Positions 58,030-64,000 of a stretch of 64,000 nt of DNA are shown here, piece after piece. The translations under genes and the position numbers were made by a program. This DNA comes from Polyangiaceae bacterium (GTDB lineage: Bacteria > Myxococcota_A > Polyangia > Polyangiales > Polyangiaceae): assembly GCA_044376115.1 (NCBI GenBank), contig JBILLK010000003.1:128001-192000 (forward strand), written 5' to 3'. The notes below the pieces were generated by a model that saw nothing but the letters and a program-made list of their open reading frames with translations, did no database searches and had not been told where the DNA came from. Each line of letters opens with the position of its first letter. Positions within the stretch are counted from its first letter, which is position 1.

Positions 58030-59892
58030 TCATTGCGCCAGGCGCAGGATTGCGTCGAAAACGTTGCGCATCGTCCAGGCTGCGTCGGTCGGGCCCTGCG
58101 TTGATGACTCGGCGAGCGCCCTCTCGAGCATGCGCATCGTTCCGGCGAGGCTTGGATCCCCCTTGTTTTCGTCAAGGAGCTTGGCGGCCGTTTCTTGATA
58201 GATTCGAGCACACAGGGCGTGCTGGTCCTGATTGAACGCCGGTGCGCCAACTTGGATCGCCGCCACGATTTTGCGCTGGATCTCGGGAGTGCTGTGTCGC
58301 GGTGTGGTGCTCAGAAGCGGGGCCGCAAAGCGTGGTGGGACCGCCAGCGTTGCGCCGGTAGCCGTGATGGCTCCCATACTCAAGATGTCGAGGAAGGGTT
58401 CGAGTAGCGCGATGGCCTCCCTTCCTGCGCCGCGTTGGATTGCGGTGCTGGTGCTCTGTTCGAGCGAGCGCGCTAGCTCCAGGTGTCGACCTTCAACGAC
58501 CAATCGCTTGGAGAGCTCCCCCGCAAAGGCCAGCAGGTAGTCCCCCCAACATTCTGCGTGAGCAGGACCGCGGCGCGGTTCAGCCACGGCGAGGAAGGTC
58601 ACCGTTGCGTCATAAGCCAGCTCGCCGCGAAGCACGACCTGACCCGACTGCAGCAGGTCATCGAACGCGTACCGAAGGTCCCAGGCTGCCTCCGTGGTGG
58701 TGGCGCGCTTCGAGGCCCTCGTCAACGCCGCTCGAAGCCTTGCGCTCACAGCGATCGGGGGCGCAGACGTAATGACCGATTCTGCCGTCTGGCGGTAGAG
58801 CTCGAAGCAGCCCTTTTGATCGCCAGCGTTATAGCGCGGGGCGCCGGCTAGAATGGCCTCTCGAAACCGCAGGGCTATCGCTGGGTCCAGGACAGGGGTG
58901 GGGCCAACCTGGGAGCCACGCGCGGCGCTGGGCGGCACAGGCGCATCCTTCGTCACTGCGGACAATGCGGTAATAACTTCGCGCGCAGTACTTAGACGGT
59001 GTTGCGGATTCTTTGCGAGCAGACGGTGCACTACGTCATTGAGCGCGGCGAGAAGACCGGCGCCGCCGAGCGAGGGGAGTGCCGAGTCATCGGTTTGAAC
59101 CAGGGGAGGGACTTCGTGGAGATGCTGCCGAGTCAGTTCCGGTATGGTCGTGGCTTGGAATGGTGGATGACCCGTTAACATCTCGAACAGGACCACGCCG
59201 AGCGAATACAAGTCAGAACGTCCATCGAGGTCCCCACCGGTTAGCTGCTCAGGGGACATGTAGAGCGGGGTTCCAACCGTTACTCCGAAGCTGGTGAGTC
59301 GTTCTCCATCGCGAAGCCTCGCGACCCCAAAATCGAGAATCTTGGCAACGTCAGCTTCATCATCCTCTTGAACCAATACGACGTTCTCGGGCTTGAGGTC
59401 TCGGTGCACAACTCCTCGTTCATGGGCATGCGCCAGCGCCCGACAAATTTGCTGGGCAATTCGAATTGCGCGGACGGGCTCAAGTTTGCGATGCCGCGTA
59501 ATGACATCGAAAAGTGACGACCCCTCTAGGTACTCCATTACAAGATAAGGAAGCGAACCAGCCTCCTCTGCGAAGTCGATCACCCGAACGATGTTGCGAC
59601 TCGATAGGCAGCTCGCTACCTCGGCCTCGCGAACAAATCGTGCTTGCATCTGCGGGTCGTAGGCGAAGTCTCCCCATACGACCTTGACCGCAAAAACGCA
59701 GGAGATCCTAGTGTGTGCGGCCCGATACACCTGGCCCATTCCACCGGCGCCGATGCGCTCCAGGATCCTGTAGCGCGAGCCTAGCACTCGGCCTACGAGC
59801 GGGTCGGATACTGCTGCTGTAAGAGGCACGTTGTCACGCGGGCAAACCCTCGCAAAACGAAACGCCGCACCGCACTGCTCGCAGTACTTCAC
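58030..59892 (-). CDS. soluble Ser/Thr kinase with N-terminal Cys knuckle and duplicated C-terminal helical domain
   Basis: CEQC..CPRD; GAGGMG, HRDLKPEN, DFG, GTPLYMSPE; two 'AI..GAP.(Y/F)N......C...Y..TA...AAW..R..FD' units. Confidence 0.92.
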   Translation of the reverse strand: MKYCEQCGAAFRFARVCPRDNVPLTAAVSDPLVGRVLGSRYRILERIGAGGMGQVYRAAHTRISCVFAVKVVWGDFAYDPQMQARFVREAEVASCLSSRNIVRVIDFAEEAGSLPYLVMEYLEGSSLFDVITRHRKLEPVRAIRIAQQICRALAHAHERGVVHRDLKPENVVLVQEDDEADVAKILDFGVARLRDGERLTSFGVTVGTPLYMSPEQLTGGDLDGRSDLYSLGVVLFEMLTGHPPFQATTIPELTRQHLHEVPPLVQTDDSALPSLGGAGLLAALNDVVHRLLAKNPQHRLSTAREVITALSAVTKDAPVPPSAARGSQVGPTPVLDPAIALRFREAILAGAPRYNAGDQKGCFELYRQTAESVITSAPPIAVSARLRAALTRASKRATTTEAAWDLRYAFDDLLQSGQVVLRGELAYDATVTFLAVAEPRRGPAHAECWGDYLLAFAGELSKRLVVEGRHLELARSLEQSTSTAIQRGAGREAIALLEPFLDILSMGAITATGATLAVPPRFAAPLLSTTPRHSTPEIQRKIVAAIQVGAPAFNQDQHALCARIYQETAAKLLDENKGDPSLAGTMRMLERALAESSTQGPTDAAWTMRNVFDAILRLAQ

Positions 59893-59898
59893 GCTCCT

Positions 59899-59904
59899 AT
59901 CGTA
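59899..59904 (-). promoter_or_regulatory. candidate -10 box (TACGAT) 6 nt before GTG 59892
   Basis: Minus strand gacgcgTACGATaggagcGTG; the AGGAG is too close to the start to act as an SD. Confidence 0.4.
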
Positions 59905-59934
59905 CGCGTCGACACCGCCCCTGCGGGGTCCTGA

Positions 59935-61530
59935 TCAACGCTTTATTTTCTTGTAGAGATGCTTCGAGAGATCGGCCTTGGGTGCTGGGGGGGGTGGTGT
60001 GACTCTCGAGGGAACCGGCGCTGCGGGATCCTCCCGCCAGAGCGGCTTAGCCTTTGAGGGAGGCTGTTTTGGCAGTTCGGGCGGTTCAGGACGGCTCAGC
60101 TCAGGGATGGGTTGCTCCCGTTTCGGCAGGGCCTCGGGCATCGGCTCGATGATTGTTGGCTTGGCTGGGCCATCCGGCAGGTTGACCGTGGCGCCGAGCG
60201 GGTCCGCGGGTTCAATGAACTCGGGTGGGGGTGCTGAGGTGGCTGTTGGCCGTGCCCAAGGAGAGCCGGGAGGGGCCTCGACAGACCGTGTGGGCCGCGC
60301 TCGAGTCCTCGCAGCAAACGGCATGGATGGTGGTGCCGCTTCGAGTTCTACAACTACGGTGGAGGAGAACTTCTGCTCTTGGGCAAGTACGGCCGTAGGG
60401 GGAGGCTCCGAGTGTGGTTTGAAATCCGCGAGCGAACCGTATTCACCAGCAGCCCCTTTGGGCTCGAGGATCTCGGTACCCTGCAACGTCCGAGGCCGAT
60501 TGTGGGCATTGTCGTCGACACCGCCGGTCGGATCCAAGCGGTCTGGAAACACGAAAGGAACCCCCAGTGGGTGAATGGTGCCAGTCAAAATGGATTGGTC
60601 CCAATCACGGCGATCAAAAGGGGTATTGGTGCGGAACAAGAATTCGCAGCTCTGCGATGCAGTGGAGATGAAAACTGTATCGAGGCGAAGGCTGAGGAGA
60701 CGGCGCTCCCCGCGTGGGAGCATCAACATGGCGGCCGCTTGGTAGTACGGCACCTCCAAGCGCATTGTTTCGAACTCCGGGTTCATTCCGTGGAGCAGCA
60801 CGATGTCTCCCCCCCAAAGGTCTCCTGTCCGTTGATCTGGTGGACCCGCTTGAAAAAAGCTCTGGTCAAAGCCTTGTGGGAGTTCAGTCCAAGATAGCCC
60901 GTGAGCATCACCGTGGCTCAAGGCACCTCTGCGTGCGCGCCGGAGCGGCCAGACGCTCGCTATTGGGCCAAACCCCGCTGGATACTCGGTCCACTTTCCG
61001 TCAGCCGGTGCGAAGTTGGGAAACTTCACCATGCGATCGGCTCCGACCTCCTCACCCACTCCAACTGGATTGCTTCGATTGGTCATTCCGCCAAAGCTGC
61101 GCTCATAAACGATAGGCAGCTGATTGAATGGTGTCGGCTCAGGTTGGGTCCCTGGGGCTCCCCGGCGATCACCTGTGACCTTCAATGACTTTGACAGGAT
61201 GAGTTGGCCGGCGCGCAGCAGCTCCAACCCGACAGTCATCTCGGTCACCAGCCGATTGCCGGGTGCATGCGCTATCCCAGTAACCAGAATCTCGGCACTT
61301 GGGACAAACAGAGCAATATCGCTCGCGTGTTCGACACTACCCAGCGGGTTGTCCCGCACGGTGCGTTCCTCATTGACGATGAACGGCTCACTTCGCAGCG
61401 TCACTTCGCCCGTCTCAGGATCGAAAACACCTGCTGCCTTCACAATCACGGTGAGGTGCCCACGCCCACCGAAGGTGAAGCCGCGCGCACAGACCGACGC
61501 TGCGCCAAGTGCTTGGGTACGAAGCGTCAT
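59935..61530 (-). CDS. DUF2169 family T6SS accessory protein with long Pro-rich C-terminal extension
   Basis: 'TVIVKA', 'SD...F.P..E..V.G.AHAP', 'L.V.GDR', 'P.VYER.FGG', 'NPVG.G', 'GFGPI...W..R', 'FFQ..P.DQ', 'LDTV'. Confidence 0.88.
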   Translation of the reverse strand: MTLRTQALGAASVCARGFTFGGRGHLTVIVKAAGVFDPETGEVTLRSEPFIVNEERTVRDNPLGSVEHASDIALFVPSAEILVTGIAHAPGNRLVTEMTVGLELLRAGQLILSKSLKVTGDRRGAPGTQPEPTPFNQLPIVYERSFGGMTNRSNPVGVGEEVGADRMVKFPNFAPADGKWTEYPAGFGPIASVWPLRRARRGALSHGDAHGLSWTELPQGFDQSFFQAGPPDQRTGDLWGGDIVLLHGMNPEFETMRLEVPYYQAAAMLMLPRGERRLLSLRLDTVFISTASQSCEFLFRTNTPFDRRDWDQSILTGTIHPLGVPFVFPDRLDPTGGVDDNAHNRPRTLQGTEILEPKGAAGEYGSLADFKPHSEPPPTAVLAQEQKFSSTVVVELEAAPPSMPFAARTRARPTRSVEAPPGSPWARPTATSAPPPEFIEPADPLGATVNLPDGPAKPTIIEPMPEALPKREQPIPELSRPEPPELPKQPPSKAKPLWREDPAAPVPSRVTPPPPAPKADLSKHLYKKIKR

Positions 61531-63113
61531 ACAGTGGTCTTTGGTCCGTCACTGATTTCAATCATGATCCCGCTGCGGGTACGAATGCGAGAGAGTTCGA
61601 CGCTCTCCACTACCTCGTTGGGCAATGGCGCGACGACAGGCGACTTCTTGAGCGGGTGGGGAACGGTCCCGATGATAACCGGCCGGTCGGGGTCGCCGTC
61701 GAGGAACGCTACCAGCACCTCCGCTCCCGCGCGAATGGGGAAGTGATGCCCGTAGTTTGCCCCCGAGTGGGGTTGCGACATGCGAACGCGCGGCATCACC
61801 CGGGTAGACTGGTCGAAATGCAACTTGACCGTGTAGCGGCCTTGATAGTCAATGTCCTGCATCTGTGAGCTTGCATTGGTGCCTTGAATCACGCCGGTGA
61901 CCACACCGTTGATCCGCGGGCGCGGCGTGCGACGCGGCGGTCGGTAGCCAATCGTTCCACTCCCGATCCCAGTCTTCTCTGCGTAAATCAATTTGACGAA
62001 GGTCTTGTACTCGGCCGGGCGTCGGTCGGTGGTCATGAAGGCTTTGGGGTTGGAGTAGCGGTGTTCAACGGCGACCGCCAAAAAGACGCTGGTCGAGTCG
62101 AGTCGAGCATGACCCTCGATCTTGAAACGAAGTCCCGCGAACATAGCTGGGAGTGGGCCCTGCGCTTCGAACACCTGCCGCTCGCTCTCTGCGCTCTCAG
62201 CGCGAACCTTGGCGAGCAGAGCCGCCTCAGCGGCGCTCTTGGCGTTGGGCGCGTACTCAACGTGTGCTCCTGCCGATGGAATCGTGAGATGTGACTCGCC
62301 ACCGAGGATATCGAACAGCTTTTCACCGCCCACCTCGAAGGACGCGTTGGGCGTGCGGTAGCTGTAGTCGTAGGTGTAGTAATCGCTAGCGATCGCCCGT
62401 GTGTACCGTGAAAGCTCGAGAATGCCGTGACACTCGGAGCCGCCTCGAAAGAGTACGGGGTTCTCCGCGCATGGAAACCCGGCGGGATGATCCGTGAAGA
62501 CAAGCTTCTCCACCTCCCCATCATCCTCAAAGAAGTAGGAGATCCCCACGTGTTCTGCGAGGCGGGAAATAAACGCTCTATCGCTCTCACGGTATTGGAT
62601 CACCAACCGGGGTTGCACCGTGGTCGAGTCCGGGTCCGCGTCTGTCCACTTGGTGTCACCATACAAACTGGGATTCAGGAGACGCAGCTCAAAGTCATCG
62701 GTAGCCCATTGCGCTGCCGTTAGTTTCGCCCGGATTACTTCTGGGTAACTCAGGCCCGCATAAAGGTCCTGTGACACAAAGCGATCAAGCTCTGCGAAGC
62801 GAGGAGCGATCACGAAGGTGTAGGGAAAGCCTCCGCTGGCGTCAGGGTCCAGGCGGTCTTCGAAGCGCTGAACGACTCCGCGCACCGTCCGGACCACCGA
62901 CTGCCCCCCCGACTTTTTTTCGAGGAAGCGAATCGTGGCAGCGACGCTCATGACCTCATCGGGTTCAAGCGGGAGCTCACTACCCGGTTGCACAACCGTT
63001 AGCTTGAAGCTGTACGGTTGTCCGATCGACTCCTCTCCATTCAGCGTCGTAACCGCGAGCGTCGCGATTCGTTCAGTGGGCAGGTCGAGCTCGAGTTCAA
63101 CGATGAGTTCCAC
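61527..63113 (-). CDS. vgrG: VgrG/TssI-like spike protein lacking most of the C-terminal needle
   Basis: 'GEE.I...Y.F', 'QYRESD..F..RL.E..GI.Y.F', 'D.QGRY.V...FD', 'G.HFP.R.G.EVLVAF.DGDPDRP.I.G'; stops about 40 aa later. Confidence 0.9.
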   Translation of the reverse strand: MELIVELELDLPTERIATLAVTTLNGEESIGQPYSFKLTVVQPGSELPLEPDEVMSVAATIRFLEKKSGGQSVVRTVRGVVQRFEDRLDPDASGGFPYTFVIAPRFAELDRFVSQDLYAGLSYPEVIRAKLTAAQWATDDFELRLLNPSLYGDTKWTDADPDSTTVQPRLVIQYRESDRAFISRLAEHVGISYFFEDDGEVEKLVFTDHPAGFPCAENPVLFRGGSECHGILELSRYTRAIASDYYTYDYSYRTPNASFEVGGEKLFDILGGESHLTIPSAGAHVEYAPNAKSAAEAALLAKVRAESAESERQVFEAQGPLPAMFAGLRFKIEGHARLDSTSVFLAVAVEHRYSNPKAFMTTDRRPAEYKTFVKLIYAEKTGIGSGTIGYRPPRRTPRPRINGVVTGVIQGTNASSQMQDIDYQGRYTVKLHFDQSTRVMPRVRMSQPHSGANYGHHFPIRAGAEVLVAFLDGDPDRPVIIGTVPHPLKKSPVVAPLPNEVVESVELSRIRTRSGIMIEISDGPKTTV

Positions 63114-63191
63114 GCGAGAATGAGAAAGAGTGGGCGACTTGCTGTCAACTCATGATTCTCGCCGCCGTTACTTGGTTGCGGCTGGGCCGAC

Positions 63192-63788
63192 TTAGGCCTC
63201 CTGGTTGGCTGGGTGGGCAGCGAGCCGCCGCAACATGATCTTCTGGAGTCGCTGAACGGCTGCCTGGTGTCGACGGCGGACGGTTGCGTAGCTGGATCTG
63301 CGAGCTTTTGCGATGTCCTTGAGTTGGCTGCTACGGAAGTAATGATCACAAATTACCTGTCGCTCCTCCCGAGCGAGCATGGTGACGCTCTGATGAAGGG
63401 CGGACTCGAGCATGAACCGTCTTTCCAGCTGCACCAGCTCGTCCTCGAGGTGCTGCTCGGATTGTGCCCGTCTAATCCAGCTGTGCGACAACTCGTTACC
63501 AGCCTCAAGGAGCAGCTCGTGACGGCGCAGTCGGCGCAGATCCCGCAAACGGCGGTGCATTGCCCACTTGATGGTCATCGTGGCAAACGCACCGAACGGA
63601 ACCCCCAGGAGCGGGTTGAACTGCTGTGCGGCCAAAAGGATGGCTTCATGCCCGCTGGAACGCACCTCGTCGTAGTCGGCTGGGCGCAAGCATAGCGAGT
63701 GCGCAACCATTTCGACGAGGTGGATGTGTTGTAAGGACAGTGCCTGCTGGCTTTCGGTGAGCGCGACTGTAGCTTGTTTCACCTTCAC
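63192..63788 (-). CDS. sigma-70 family sigma factor (FliA/WhiG-like region 2 plus region 4)
   Basis: 'G..A...AAQ.F.P..GVPF..FA...I..AM'; 'L...ER.VI..HY.....LKDIA.....YATV.R.H..A..RL'. Confidence 0.8.
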   Translation of the reverse strand: MKVKQATVALTESQQALSLQHIHLVEMVAHSLCLRPADYDEVRSSGHEAILLAAQQFNPLLGVPFGAFATMTIKWAMHRRLRDLRRLRRHELLLEAGNELSHSWIRRAQSEQHLEDELVQLERRFMLESALHQSVTMLAREERQVICDHYFRSSQLKDIAKARRSSYATVRRRHQAAVQRLQKIMLRRLAAHPANQEA

Positions 63789-63889
63789 TATTTCGCGAAG
63801 GCGAGCCCAGCGTTGACAGGCTATTTACGAAATCGCGCTCGGCTCACCCATCAAACAATGCTCGGGGCCGGCGCACCGAGGGCAGCGAC

Positions 63890-64000
63890 GTGGTCGAGCT
63901 CATTCGGTTCCCAGCCAAGCTCGTCGAACCAACGCCCACCAATTTGACGGTTGACCGGCAGCGCCTGATTCGCGACGCCAGAGAACAGTACGAGGTCATT
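63890..64000 (+). CDS. possible 5' end of a divergent gene running off the window
   Basis: GAGGG 7 nt before GTG 63890; frame open to the end (VELIRFPAKLVEP...). A minus-strand frame is also open, so the call is ambiguous. Confidence 0.3.
   Translation, partial: MVELIRFPAKLVEPTPTNLTVDRQRLIRDAREQYEVI

Noticed and set aside
61527..63113. VgrG as a prophage tail gene
   Set aside because: No other phage genes or integrase; the adjacent DUF2169 indicates a T6SS context.

Overview
GC-rich, densely coding bacterial DNA whose gene content points to Myxococcota, probably Polyangiaceae/Sorangiineae-like (inferred from gene content only). It carries about 51 CDS, including seven Hanks-type Ser/Thr kinases, several Cys-rich lipoproteins, TPR/PEGA exported proteins and housekeeping or metabolic genes (lpdA, an E1-alpha subunit, uup, hutU, pxpA and fused pxpBC, apbE, two asnB paralogues, GH63 glucosidase, ferredoxin). 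It ends in a sigma factor - short VgrG - DUF2169 - kinase cassette. I found no rRNA, tRNA, CRISPR array, integrase or transposase. Best leads: (1) membrane kinases whose short C-terminal tail motifs sit next to distinct classes of exported TPR-PEGA proteins, a possible trans-envelope signalling module; (2) a coupled RD/non-RD receptor-kinase pair sharing a duplicated unnamed ectodomain; (3) a needle-less VgrG with a tailed DUF2169 and no PAAR or toxin, followed by a soluble kinase with a duplicated unnamed domain; (4) a TPR-like lipoprotein ending in CxxCH; (5) a YghO-family GNAT that may be a bacterial ceramide synthase; (6) repeated TAnnnT boxes 6-7 nt before start codons, suggesting leaderless mRNAs. 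All family calls come from motif recognition by eye; no database search was run.
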